Source: an uncultured Pelagibacteraceae bacterium
GTDB lineage: Bacteria; Pseudomonadota; Alphaproteobacteria; Pelagibacterales; Pelagibacteraceae
DNA: 64,000 bases
Direction: 5' to 3'
Assembly: GCA_902586495.1 (NCBI GenBank)
Contig: CACIHQ010000005.1
Location: 4,953-68,952 of the forward strand
Of this stretch, positions 18,518 to 28,151 are shown one piece after another; position 1 is the stretch's first letter, and each line of letters starts with the position of its first letter. The position numbers were made by a program, and so were the translations under genes. The notes below the pieces were generated by a model. It saw nothing but the letters and a program-made list of their open reading frames with translations. It made no database searches and was not told the origin of the DNA.

Positions 18518-18995
18518 TTTGAAAAATGAATTCTATCTAAAAATTATTTTAATTATTAGCTTTACTGCATTAATTTTTGCGTTTTTCGTAGAACATATTT
18601 TAGGTCATCAACCATGTAATTTATGCATTATTGAGAGAATACCTTATGGGATAAGTATAATCTTAATTGCAATAATTTTTATCATAAAGAAAAATCAAAA
18701 ATTTTTAATTTTGTTGTTAATTCTTAACTTTGCTTTTTCGTTTACAATTTCTATTTACCATTATGGGATTGAGCAAGGTTTTTTTGAAGAATCAACCGTA
18801 TGTAAAGTGAGTAATTTTACAGAAAATATAACTAAAGAAGATGTACTTAAAGCGTTAAGTAAAAAAACTATAAGCTGTAAAGATGTGACATTTAGATTTT
18901 TTGGATTTTCTCTAACAAGTTTTAATGTTGTATTAAGTTTATTATTTATTATAACCCTCATAAAAATTTTTATTAAATATGAAAAAAACAAGTAA
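18510..18995 (+). CDS. dsbB: Disulfide bond formation protein DsbB
   Basis: PCNLCIIER CxxC motif, a second periplasmic Cys pair and four TM segments. Confidence 0.85.
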   Translation: MFNLKNEFYLKIILIISFTALIFAFFVEHILGHQPCNLCIIERIPYGISIILIAIIFIIKKNQKFLILLLILNFAFSFTISIYHYGIEQGFFEESTVCKVSNFTENITKEDVLKALSKKTISCKDVTFRFFGFSLTSFNVVLSLLFIITLIKIFIKYEKNK

Positions 18996-19509
18996 TAAAG
19001 TTGAGGAATTTATAAGAGTTGATCATGCGGGTGAAAGAGGTGCTGTCAAAATTTATGAAGGCCAGCTGTTGGCTCTAAACACAGTTGTTAAGAATGAGAG
19101 TCTAAAAAAGACAATTGAAGACATGAAAGAACATGAGATAGAACATTGTCAATTTTTTGAAAATGAAATAAAAAAAAGAAATATTAAACCTACAAAATTT
19201 TTACCTTTATGGGACTTAATGGGTATAGGTTTGGGATTTGGATCAACGTTATTAGGAAAAAAAGCAGCGATGTTGTGTACTGCATCAGTTGAAGAAGTAA
19301 TAGACAAACATTATTTAGATCAAATTAATCAGTTAGGTCCAGAAGAAAAAGAGTTGAAAAAAAAAATAACTAAATTTAGACAAGATGAGTTAGATCATAA
19401 AGACATAGCCTATGAGGAGGGTGCATCAAAAAAAGGTTTTTACTCAATAATGGATAAAATAATTAAGACAGGTTCAAAAATAGCTATTCGAATTTCAGAA
19501 AAAGTTTAG
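18979..19509 (+). CDS. coq7: Demethoxyubiquinone hydroxylase Coq7 (di-iron)
   Basis: Di-iron motifs RVDHAGERGAVKIYEGQ, EIEH, VEEVIDKHY and DELDH. Confidence 0.93.
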   Translation: MKKTSNKVEEFIRVDHAGERGAVKIYEGQLLALNTVVKNESLKKTIEDMKEHEIEHCQFFENEIKKRNIKPTKFLPLWDLMGIGLGFGSTLLGKKAAMLCTASVEEVIDKHYLDQINQLGPEEKELKKKITKFRQDELDHKDIAYEEGASKKGFYSIMDKIIKTGSKIAIRISEKV

Positions 19510-19512
19510 AGA

Positions 19513-20085
19513 TTAAGCCTCAAGCTCAACATCCCAATACAAATAATCCATCCAACTTTTGTGTAGATAATTTGGAGGAAAATTTTTTCCATTACGATGT
19601 AGATCTTCTGTTGAGGGTTGATAAGGGTACTGACTTAACTTCATTCCTGATGTTTTTAAAAGTTTACCACCCTTTTTAACATTACATTCAGAACAAGCTG
19701 TTACAACATTATCCCAATTAGTTTCCCCCCCTTTAGATCTTGGTAACAAATGATCAAAGGTTAGCTCTTCACCGCTACCACAATATTGACAAGAAAATTT
19801 ATCTCTTAAAAAAACATTAAATCTTGTAAAACTTGGTTTAGTTTGAGGAACAATATAATTTTTTAATGCAATAACGCTCGGTAGCTGCATATTAAAAGAT
19901 GGACTCCTAATTATTCTATCATAACTACTTACTATTATAACTCTGTCTAAAAATACCGACTTGACAGTATCTTGCCAAGACCACAAAGATAAAGGATAGT
20001 AGCTTAGCGGTCTATAATCTGCATTTAGAACTAATGCAGGACATTTTTCTAAAGAAACATTTTTTTCAACAAAATTATTCATCAA
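19513..20085 (-). CDS. HNH endonuclease family protein
   Basis: LVLNADYRPL, RDKFSCQYCG, TFDHLLPRSKGG and ACSECNVKKG. Confidence 0.9.
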   Translation of the reverse strand: MMNNFVEKNVSLEKCPALVLNADYRPLSYYPLSLWSWQDTVKSVFLDRVIIVSSYDRIIRSPSFNMQLPSVIALKNYIVPQTKPSFTRFNVFLRDKFSCQYCGSGEELTFDHLLPRSKGGETNWDNVVTACSECNVKKGGKLLKTSGMKLSQYPYQPSTEDLHRNGKNFPPNYLHKSWMDYLYWDVELEA

Positions 20086-20120
20086 ATAATAGTAGCTTAA
20101 TTAAAAAATTATTTCAATAA

Positions 20121-20780
20121 TTAGGGATTATCAAATTTTTCTAAAATATAATTTAATCCTATGCTTGAAGCCTCAACTGGGATATGATGTCCACAGTTTT
20201 TTATGAGTTGTGTTTCAACATTAACACTATTTCTAATAAAAAAATCCTTAGCCTCAAGCAAGAAATTAGGTGAAACTATTTCATCTGCGTCACCATGAAT
20301 CATTAAAATATCTGCCTCAACATTTTTTTTTTTAATCAAATATTCTTGATTAATTATTTTTCCTGAAAAACCTACAATACAGCTATATCTTTGATCAGAG
20401 ATCAAACCTAAGTTTAATGACATCATACACCCTTGACTAAAACCAGATAAACAAATTTTATTATTCTGTAATTTAAATTCATTTTTTATTTCGTTTATAA
20501 ATTTGTTTAGTTTAGTTTCTGCCTTTTTTGATTCATTTAGAATATATTCTGGATCATCCTTTGATAAATCAAACCACTGATAACCTGTAGGATTTATTGC
20601 ACATTTTTCATGACCGTTCGGACAAATAAAAATTGTGTTAGGCAAATGACGTCTCCAGCCTAAAGATAGCATACTAATATCTTGACCATCACCCCCATAT
20701 CCATGAAGTAAAATTATTGCATTCTTAATTTCTAAACCCTTCTCAGGTTTCAATATTATTGAATCAAGACAAAATGTCAT
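20121..20780 (-). CDS. Phospholipase/carboxylesterase (alpha/beta hydrolase)
   Basis: LLHGYG, nucleophile elbow GFSQG, HGDADEIV and GHHI. Confidence 0.88.
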   Translation of the reverse strand: MTFCLDSIILKPEKGLEIKNAIILLHGYGGDGQDISMLSLGWRRHLPNTIFICPNGHEKCAINPTGYQWFDLSKDDPEYILNESKKAETKLNKFINEIKNEFKLQNNKICLSGFSQGCMMSLNLGLISDQRYSCIVGFSGKIINQEYLIKKKNVEADILMIHGDADEIVSPNFLLEAKDFFIRNSVNVETQLIKNCGHHIPVEASSIGLNYILEKFDNP

Positions 20781-20829
20781 AGTTTATAATTAATGTTTTT
20801 TTATTTTGAAAACACCATACAATATAGTA

Positions 20830-21033
20830 ATGATTACTGGAATAATTTTAAAAGTCTTATCCATAGCGCTGTTAATCGTAGTAGGAATAGTGCTTATACT
20901 TGGAATTGGAACCTTATTTAAAGGAGGAGAGACTAGTAAAAAATACTCAAATAAATTAATGCAGTTGAGAGTAATATTACAATTTATAGCTATTATCGTA
21001 TTAGTAGGCTTTGCGTATTTTTTTAAAAACTAA
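20830..21033 (+). CDS. HIG1-domain twin transmembrane helix small protein
   Basis: SNKLMQLRVILQ motif between two TM helices; ATG at 20830 preferred. Confidence 0.8.
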   Translation: MITGIILKVLSIALLIVVGIVLILGIGTLFKGGETSKKYSNKLMQLRVILQFIAIIVLVGFAYFFKN

Positions 21034-21539
21034 TTATAAAGTTTTAGCCACTCAATAAAATTTTCTTCATTAAAATCTAATGAACCAATAACTCTAGCAA
21101 ATTCTTTTCCATTTTTATTTAGAAAAATTGAAGTTGGAATTCCTCTCAAAGCAAACTTTTTTGTTAAATTTATGTTTTCATCGAAATATAAATTCAAATT
21201 TTTAATGTTCATATCATCAAAAAATTTTTTAGCTTTTTTAACATTTTCTTGTCCGACATTTACAGGAAATATTTTAAGATTGTTTAAATCTTTGTTTAAT
21301 TTCAATAAATCTAACGAAGGCATTTCTTCTTTGCATGGAGCACACCAAGTTGCCCAAAAATTTAGCAATAAAATGTTTCCTTTATAATCACTTAAATTTA
21401 GCTGATTATTTTGATCATCTAAGATGGTTAAATTTGTATATTCTTTTAATTCTTTATTAATTATAAGGTTTTTAATATTCGGAGTTTCATTTGCAAACGT
21501 ATTTGAAATTAAAAATATAAATATTACTAAAAATCTCAT
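21030..21539 (-). CDS. tlpA: TlpA-like thiol:disulfide oxidoreductase
   Basis: NFWATWCAPCKEEMPSL and GIPT; divergent from argH as in many alphaproteobacteria. Confidence 0.88.
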   Translation of the reverse strand: MRFLVIFIFLISNTFANETPNIKNLIINKELKEYTNLTILDDQNNQLNLSDYKGNILLLNFWATWCAPCKEEMPSLDLLKLNKDLNNLKIFPVNVGQENVKKAKKFFDDMNIKNLNLYFDENINLTKKFALRGIPTSIFLNKNGKEFARVIGSLDFNEENFIEWLKLYN

Positions 21540-21563
21540 ATTAAAAAGGTATAAATAATTAGC

Positions 21564-22958
21564 ATGGTAAAAAATAAAAACAATAAGGCAATTTGGAATA
21601 GCCGAATAAAAACAAAGACATCTGCTCTCTATAAAAGATATGGAGGCTCAATTAAAATCGATAAGAAACTTTTTAAAGAAGATATATTCGGATCTATCGC
21701 CCACGTAGAAATGCTTTTTAAACAAAAAATTATTTCTTTTAAAATTAAAAACAAAATTATTTACGGACTTAATAAAATTGAAAAAGAAATATTAAATAAT
21801 AAATTCGAATTTAATCAAGAATTTGAAGATATTCACATGAACATAGAAAAAAGACTTACACAATTGATAGGTGACGATGCAGGCTACATTCATACGGCCA
21901 GATCAAGAAATGATCAAGTTATTACAGATTTAAAGATGTGGATGAAATCAGCAACTCAAAATATAGACTTAAATTTAAAAAAATTAATTAAAACCAATCT
22001 TAAGATTGCAGAAAAAAATATTAAAACTATAATGCCAGGTTTCACTCACCTAAAAAACGCTCAAGCTTTGTCTTTGGGTCATTATTTGATGTCTTATGTT
22101 GAAATGTTTACTAGGGATAGAAAAAGATTTTTAAATAATTTGGAAAGTCTTAATGAAAACCCTCTGGGTGTATGCGCATTAACGGGAACTTCCTTTAATA
22201 TAGATAGAAAACTTACAACAAAAAAATTAGGATTTAAAAACCCTACTAACAATTCAATAGATACGGTTTCGGATAGAGATTTTGTTTTAGACTTTTTATA
22301 TAGTTGCTCTGTATGTGCAATGCATATATCGAGAATAGCTGAGGAATTAATAATTTGGAACTCCGATGGTTTTAACTTAATAAATTTATCAGACAAAGTT
22401 GTAACAGGATCTTCCATAATGCCTCAAAAAAAAAATCCAGATATGTTAGAATTTTTGAGAGGCAAGACAGGGGTGATGTTCGGCAATTTATTTTCAATGT
22501 TAACTGTGCTTAAAGGTTTGCCTCTATCTTATTATAAAGATCTTCAAGAGGATAAAGAGATAATCTTTAAAACTAATGATACTTTAGAAAATTGTTTAAA
22601 AATTTTAGACGAAATTTTAAATAATTTTAGTCCAAATAAAAAAAAAATGTTAGAGTTGGCTAGTATTGGTTATATTACTGCGACTGATTTAGCTGACTAT
22701 ATTGTTAAAAATCATTCAAAATCTTTTAGAGAAGCTTATCAAAAAACAGCTGCAATTATTAATATGGCCGAGAAAAGAAAAAAAAAATTAGATGAGTTAA
22801 CATTATATGATTTAAAAAAAATTGAACCAAATTTGACAGAAGATGTTTTAAAAGTATTCGATTTAAAAAATTCTGTAAATTCAAAGAAATCTTATGGAGG
22901 AACTGCTTTTGATAATATTAAAAAAATGATAATAAAATATAAGAAACAATTAATATGA
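21564..22958 (+). CDS. argH: Argininosuccinate lyase
   Basis: HTARSRNDQ, PGFTHL and GSSIMPQKKNPD. Confidence 0.96.
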   Translation: MVKNKNNKAIWNSRIKTKTSALYKRYGGSIKIDKKLFKEDIFGSIAHVEMLFKQKIISFKIKNKIIYGLNKIEKEILNNKFEFNQEFEDIHMNIEKRLTQLIGDDAGYIHTARSRNDQVITDLKMWMKSATQNIDLNLKKLIKTNLKIAEKNIKTIMPGFTHLKNAQALSLGHYLMSYVEMFTRDRKRFLNNLESLNENPLGVCALTGTSFNIDRKLTTKKLGFKNPTNNSIDTVSDRDFVLDFLYSCSVCAMHISRIAEELIIWNSDGFNLINLSDKVVTGSSIMPQKKNPDMLEFLRGKTGVMFGNLFSMLTVLKGLPLSYYKDLQEDKEIIFKTNDTLENCLKILDEILNNFSPNKKKMLELASIGYITATDLADYIVKNHSKSFREAYQKTAAIINMAEKRKKKLDELTLYDLKKIEPNLTEDVLKVFDLKNSVNSKKSYGGTAFDNIKKMIIKYKKQLI

Positions 22959-23077
22959 AGAAATTTTACCTTTTACTAATAATTTGCTCACTAGTAATGT
23001 CTTGTGGAAAACGGGGAGATCCTATCTATAAAGAACCGACTTCCAAAATACCTTATTATGTTACAAAATATTCATGA
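22955..23077 (+). CDS. lptM: Small lipoprotein, LptM/YifL-like (40 aa MKKFYLLLIICSLVMSCGKRGDPIYKEPTSKIPYYVTKYS)
   Basis: Signal peptide with lipobox-like VMS-C followed by CGKRGD (family pattern CGxKGxL); ATGA overlaps with both argH and lysA; known position upstream of lysA. Confidence 0.78.
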   Translation: MKKFYLLLIICSLVMSCGKRGDPIYKEPTSKIPYYVTKYS

Positions 23078-24288
23078 AATATGTAAATAAAAATTTTTTT
23101 GTTGAGGGTATTAAAGCATCTTATTTAGCCAAGAAATTTGGAACTCCACTTTATTGTTACTCATTAAATAGACTTAGGAATAACATAAGGAATTTGAAAA
23201 ATAATTTTAAAAAAATTGACCCGATTATATGCTTCTCTGTAAAATCTAATCCTAATACAAATCTGTTAAGCGAAATTGGCAAACAAGGTTTGGGTGCTGA
23301 TGTAGTTTCAATTGGTGAATTAATGAAAGCCCTTAAGGCAGGTATAAAGCCAAAAAATATTGTTTTTTCAGGAGTTGGTAAAACTAAAGTTGAAATTGAA
23401 TACGCAATTAAAAAAAAAATTTTACTTATAAATGCAGAGTCTAAAAATGAAATTTTACAAATAGAAAAAATTGCTAAGAGGTACAAAACTAAAGTTAATG
23501 TAGGAATTAGATTAAATCCAAATACTGACGCAAAAACTTTGAGCCAAATATCAACAGGAAAAAAAGAGAATAAATTTGGGGTTTCTGATAAAGTGTTCCT
23601 GACACTTGTCAAATATGTAAAAAAATCAAAAAATTTAGATTTGAAATGCTTAAGTGTCCATATAGGAAGCCAAATCTTAGACTTAAAACCATACGAAAAA
23701 ATACTGAGGATACTTGATAAAATTATAAAAAAAACCAAGTTTAATTTTAAATATATTGATTTAGGTGGTGGAATGGGAATTAGTTACAATAATGAGAAGA
23801 AAACTTTAAACCTAGATAAATATTCCGATAGTATAAATAGATTTTTAAAAAAAAATAAATCTAAAATTATACTAGAGCCAGGTAGATCTATAATTGGTAA
23901 TACAGGCGTTTTAATATCAAAAGTAATTTACAATAAAGAAGGATACAAAAAAAATTTTATAATATTAGATGCGGCCATGAATGATCTTATGCGGCCAGCT
24001 TTATATAATGCAAAACATCAGATTAAACCAGTTAAAAAAGATAATAGCTATGCAAATAAAGTTTATGAGTTTGTTGGTCCAATTTGTGAGAGCACAGATA
24101 AATTTGGTTCATATAAAAAATTTCAAAAATTAAAAGAGAGTGATTTAATCATAATTTGTGATGTTGGAGCCTATGGGGCATCCTTGAGTTCAAATTATAA
24201 TTTAAGACCCAAACCAGCGGAAATATTAATTAAAAAATCAAAAGCTAGTGTGATCTCAAAAAGACAAAAACTTGTTGAAATAATATAA
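23074..24288 (+). CDS. lysA: Diaminopimelate decarboxylase
   Basis: PLP Lys motif FSVKSN, HIGSQ, DLGGG, EPGRS and GPICESTD. Confidence 0.94.
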   Translation: MKYVNKNFFVEGIKASYLAKKFGTPLYCYSLNRLRNNIRNLKNNFKKIDPIICFSVKSNPNTNLLSEIGKQGLGADVVSIGELMKALKAGIKPKNIVFSGVGKTKVEIEYAIKKKILLINAESKNEILQIEKIAKRYKTKVNVGIRLNPNTDAKTLSQISTGKKENKFGVSDKVFLTLVKYVKKSKNLDLKCLSVHIGSQILDLKPYEKILRILDKIIKKTKFNFKYIDLGGGMGISYNNEKKTLNLDKYSDSINRFLKKNKSKIILEPGRSIIGNTGVLISKVIYNKEGYKKNFIILDAAMNDLMRPALYNAKHQIKPVKKDNSYANKVYEFVGPICESTDKFGSYKKFQKLKESDLIIICDVGAYGASLSSNYNLRPKPAEILIKKSKASVISKRQKLVEII

Positions 24289-24300
24289 AGTTATCTGAAT

Positions 24301-25002
24301 ATGATAAGAAACTTTTTATTTTCGTTTTTATTTTTTTCGGGAATTATTTTCATATCAATAATTTTTTTGCCCTCACTTTTGTTGCCACAAAAAATTACTT
24401 TGTTTGGTGGAAAACTTATGGGTTATTGGTCTCAATATTGCCTGAAAATTGTTCTATCAACAAAGATAGTTGTTAAAGGAAAAGATAATGTGATAAATGA
24501 TGAAAAATTTTTTATTGCTTGTTCACATCAATCAATGTTTGAAACTTTTTTTCTCCAAACTATTTTTAATTCACCGGTGTTTATTTTAAAAAATGAACTT
24601 ATAAGAATTCCTGTTTTTGGATGGTATTTAAAAAAGATAGGCTCTATTTCAATAAAACGAGATAAGATAACGAGAGATAATCTTAATTTTTTTGAGGGTA
24701 TTTCAGAAACAATTCAAAATTCTAATAGGCCAATAGTTATTTTTCCACAGGCCACAAGAGTATTGCCAGAAGATCGGCCACCCTTTAAAAAAGGAGCATC
24801 ACGAATTTATGAAAAATTAAATATTCTATGTCAACCAGTTGCAATTAATTCAGGTTATGTATGGCCTAAAAAGGGTAATAAAAAAACTAATAAAGCAATT
24901 ACTATTTCAATACTTAAGCCAATCGGACCTGGTTTACAAAAAGAAGAATTTTTACAAGTACTTCAAAAAAAAATTTATGACGAACTGGATTTAATTTGTT
25001 AG
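24301..25002 (+). CDS. plsC: 1-acyl-sn-glycerol-3-phosphate acyltransferase
   Basis: SHQSMFE (HX4D/E motif), IFPQATR and PFKKG. Confidence 0.82.
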   Translation: MIRNFLFSFLFFSGIIFISIIFLPSLLLPQKITLFGGKLMGYWSQYCLKIVLSTKIVVKGKDNVINDEKFFIACSHQSMFETFFLQTIFNSPVFILKNELIRIPVFGWYLKKIGSISIKRDKITRDNLNFFEGISETIQNSNRPIVIFPQATRVLPEDRPPFKKGASRIYEKLNILCQPVAINSGYVWPKKGNKKTNKAITISILKPIGPGLQKEEFLQVLQKKIYDELDLIC

Positions 25003-26111
25003 CCTTTCATTGGCATTACAATAAAAATACTATCAAAATCACTAGGGTCTTTAATTAAAACAGGTGAACCAGTATCATTAAAATGTAACTCAATTCTTTC
25101 ACCCTCTAACTGCGATGCCACATCTATCAAATACCTTGAGTTAAAACTAATTTCTAAATCATGATCAAATTTTGTCACCAATGTCTCGTTACCATCACCG
25201 CTATTAGTATTGTTAACTGACAAATTGAGAGTATCTTTTGATAGATTAAATTTTACGCCATCTTTTTTATCAAGAGACACAGATGCAACTCTATCAACAG
25301 AATTTAAAAATAATTTTAAATCAATTTCTAATTTTTTTTGATTATTTTTAGGTATTACTTGTATATAATTTGGAAATTTACCATCGATAAGCTTTGAGAT
25401 AAGAATACTGTTGCTTAATTCAAATTTAATTTTTGATTTCATATTTGAAATTTTTACCTCACCATCATAATTATCTAAAATAGCACATAACTGAAAAATA
25501 GTTTTTTTGGGTAAAATAATAGGTTCAAAATCAATTTGTTTTTCTAATCTTATTTTGGAAATAGACATTCTGTGACTGTCTGTTGCAACTGCTGTTAAAT
25601 ATTTTTTTTCATCAACCTCAGTTTGATGAAGATATATTCCGCTTAAATAATGCCTTGTTTCATCGTTTGAAACTGAAAACTTACATTTATTTAATAACTT
25701 AAGGAGTTTTTTCGACTTTATTGTAAATTCATTTTGATTAAAATTTTCATCAGTCACTGGATATTCAGAGTGACTCATACAATTAAGGTTAAAAACAGAA
25801 TTATCCGATTTTAAGTGAAGCTTATTTTTATCATTTAGGGTTAAATTTATTTTTTTTCCAGATGAAATTTTTCTTACTATGTCATACATAATTGATGATG
25901 TGGTGGTAGTTTTACCTTCTTCAAGTACCTCGATATTATTAATATGATGAATAAAAATTAAATCCAGGTCAGTCGCGGTCAAAATTAATTTTGAATTATG
26001 TGCGTTTAATAGAATATTGGATAAAATCGGTAATGTACTTCTTTTCTCAATAACTCCTTGGCAATAATTCAATGCTTGTTGTAAATCCTGTTGGTTTACA
26101 CTAAATTTCAT
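24999..26111 (-). CDS. dnaN: DNA polymerase III beta sliding clamp
   Basis: PILSNILL, ATDLD, VATDSHR and C-terminal VMPMK. Confidence 0.96.
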   Translation of the reverse strand: MKFSVNQQDLQQALNYCQGVIEKRSTLPILSNILLNAHNSKLILTATDLDLIFIHHINNIEVLEEGKTTTTSSIMYDIVRKISSGKKINLTLNDKNKLHLKSDNSVFNLNCMSHSEYPVTDENFNQNEFTIKSKKLLKLLNKCKFSVSNDETRHYLSGIYLHQTEVDEKKYLTAVATDSHRMSISKIRLEKQIDFEPIILPKKTIFQLCAILDNYDGEVKISNMKSKIKFELSNSILISKLIDGKFPNYIQVIPKNNQKKLEIDLKLFLNSVDRVASVSLDKKDGVKFNLSKDTLNLSVNNTNSGDGNETLVTKFDHDLEISFNSRYLIDVASQLEGERIELHFNDTGSPVLIKDPSDFDSIFIVMPMKG

Positions 26112-27525
26112 TTTCTTTATTATTGTATAATATTTGATTTTTTAACTTATCTATATTTTCAGCCATTTCTTTATTTTGCTCTTTTAGTTTTTCAATAGTT
26201 TTTACAGAATGAATTATAGTGGTGTGATCTCTATTTGAAAATTCTCGACCTATCTCTGGTAAAGATTTTGGTGTTAATATTTTTGTGAGATATATTGCCG
26301 TTTGTCTTGGTCTCACTAAATATCTTGATCTTCTTGAAGACAACATCTCATTTTTACTGATTTTAAAAAATTTGCAAACCAAAGTTTGTATCAAGTCAAT
26401 TGTAACTTTATTTTCATGTATATTTAGCAGATCTTTTAAGATAACTTTTGCTTCTGATAAATTGGGTAATTTGTTGTAAATTCTTGAAAAAGAAATTAAA
26501 CGGTTAATAGCCCCAACTAATTCCCGAATACTGTTAGAAATTTCAAGACTGATAAAATCTCTAATTTCCCTTGGGATATCTAAATTATCTGGATAAAGTT
26601 TATTCAACTCCTCAATTTTTCTCTCAATTATATTTTTTCTTAAATTAAGATCAGGTTTTTGAATATCCACAACTAGTCCACCAGAAAATCTGGATTTTAT
26701 CCTCTCTTGAATTCTAGATAGTTTATTAGGAGGTCGATCTGCAGATACTATTATTTGACTACCCTTTTCTAATAAAGCATTAAAAGTATGAAAAAATTCT
26801 TCTTGCATAGCCTCTTTTCCGTTCATAAATTGAATATCATCTATAATTAATATATCTGTATTTCGAAAATATTCCTTAAATTTAACCATATCATTTGCCT
26901 TTATGGATTTAATAAATTGATACATAAATCTTTCAGCAGGAATAAACATAACCTTCTTTTTCTTTTTTAATTCAAAACCTATGGCATTCAAAAGATGTGT
27001 TTTGCCCATCCCAACACCACTATAGATATACAATGGATTATACTGTGAAATATTTTCAGTAACTTTTAATGAAGCTTCATAAGCAAGTTTATTACTTCTA
27101 CCAGTTATAAAATTTTCAAATCTTTTATTGTGATCGACACGATTATATTGCAGAAGAGAGTCCTTTAAAAAAGAGATATTTTCATTTTTTATCAGCGGGA
27201 TATTATTGACATCTTCTTTTTCAAAATTTTTATTTTTTTCTATGATTCTAAATTCAATCCTAGCTAAGTCTTTTTTGAATCTTTTTACAATTTGTAAAAT
27301 CTGATCTAAATATCTTGAAGTTATCCAATCTCTTATAAATCTAGTCGGAACTGATATCAATATATAGCTGCTAAATTCTTCAATAAAGTCAATCTTTTTT
27401 AACCAGCTTTCATAAACCTCGGACCCTAATTTTTTTTTCATTTCATTTTGAACTAGTTCCCAATCTAATCTGTTTGGTTTTGATTTATTTAAATCTTGGT
27501 TTTTGTAAATATTTTCCATATTCAT
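26101..27525 (-). CDS. dnaA: Chromosomal replication initiator
   Basis: YNPLYIYSGVGMGKTHL, DDIQF, QEEFFHTFN and domain IV signature RDHTTIIH. Confidence 0.97.
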   Translation of the reverse strand: MNMENIYKNQDLNKSKPNRLDWELVQNEMKKKLGSEVYESWLKKIDFIEEFSSYILISVPTRFIRDWITSRYLDQILQIVKRFKKDLARIEFRIIEKNKNFEKEDVNNIPLIKNENISFLKDSLLQYNRVDHNKRFENFITGRSNKLAYEASLKVTENISQYNPLYIYSGVGMGKTHLLNAIGFELKKKKKVMFIPAERFMYQFIKSIKANDMVKFKEYFRNTDILIIDDIQFMNGKEAMQEEFFHTFNALLEKGSQIIVSADRPPNKLSRIQERIKSRFSGGLVVDIQKPDLNLRKNIIERKIEELNKLYPDNLDIPREIRDFISLEISNSIRELVGAINRLISFSRIYNKLPNLSEAKVILKDLLNIHENKVTIDLIQTLVCKFFKISKNEMLSSRRSRYLVRPRQTAIYLTKILTPKSLPEIGREFSNRDHTTIIHSVKTIEKLKEQNKEMAENIDKLKNQILYNNKENEI

Positions 27526-27838
27526 GAAGAGACATTAATAAGAGCTATAATAAAAATTATTGCAACAAAATACTTTGTAAATTCCAAAAAAAATAAAATC
27601 TATGATTGTACAATATCAAAAGTTTAAAAAAAAAAATTAAAATCTAGAATTGTGTGAGATTTTTTTTTTATTAAAAATTTTTTTAAATTTTTTATTTAAA
27701 AAATTTGTTAATAAAATTTGTAATTGAATTCAAATAGTTCGCGTTATTTACTAAATCTAAATGTTGTGTAGTAAACAATTCTAGTTATAGATTTTGTAGA
27801 TCCTGAGGTTGTATGCTTAAGACAACTTATAATATAGA

Positions 27839-28099
27839 TTATATAGACGATATTCTTTTCGTAATTCTTGAGATATTCCTTGAAGCATTTTGTTTTTTAA
27901 TTATCCCAGTCTTAGCAATCTTCATCAATTCAGAATTCAACTTGGGTAAGAATTTTAAAGCCTCTAACTTATTTTTTTGCTCTATTAAGAGATTCATCTT
28001 TTTAATTGCGTTTTTATATCTACTTTTTCTAATTTTATTTACTGAAGTTTGTTTTGATATTCTTCTTATTCTTTTAATTGCAGATTTTGTATTAGCCAT
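27839..28099 (-). CDS. rpsT: 30S ribosomal protein S20
   Basis: N-terminus MANTKSAIKRIR; start reassigned to ATG at 28099. Confidence 0.95.
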   Translation of the reverse strand: MANTKSAIKRIRRISKQTSVNKIRKSRYKNAIKKMNLLIEQKNKLEALKFLPKLNSELMKIAKTGIIKKQNASRNISRITKRISSI

Positions 28100-28151
28100 T
28101 TTCGAAGGGGGTATAACTTGTGAAATAGTATCGGTCAATAAAATAATTCAT

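Noticed and set aside
19513-20085. HNH nuclease as a mobile element or defence gene
   Set aside because: It matches a stand-alone, widely conserved chromosomal HNH type; no flanking repeats, methyltransferase, intron or cas genes.
23157-23738. 193-aa minus-strand ORF
   Set aside because: Antisense shadow of lysA; the Phe/Ile/Leu-rich sequence mirrors Lys/Asn/Glu codons.
27522-27587. 21-aa hydrophobic uORF (TTG start, MEFTKYFVAIIFIIALINVSS) whose stop overlaps the dnaA ATG
   Set aside because: TTG start, no SD and a composition expected from T-rich DNA; not supportable without conservation data.
27526-27838. Replication origin call next to dnaA
   Set aside because: No consensus TTATCCACA boxes seen, and alphaproteobacterial origins are often unlinked to dnaA; kept only as a low-ranked finding.
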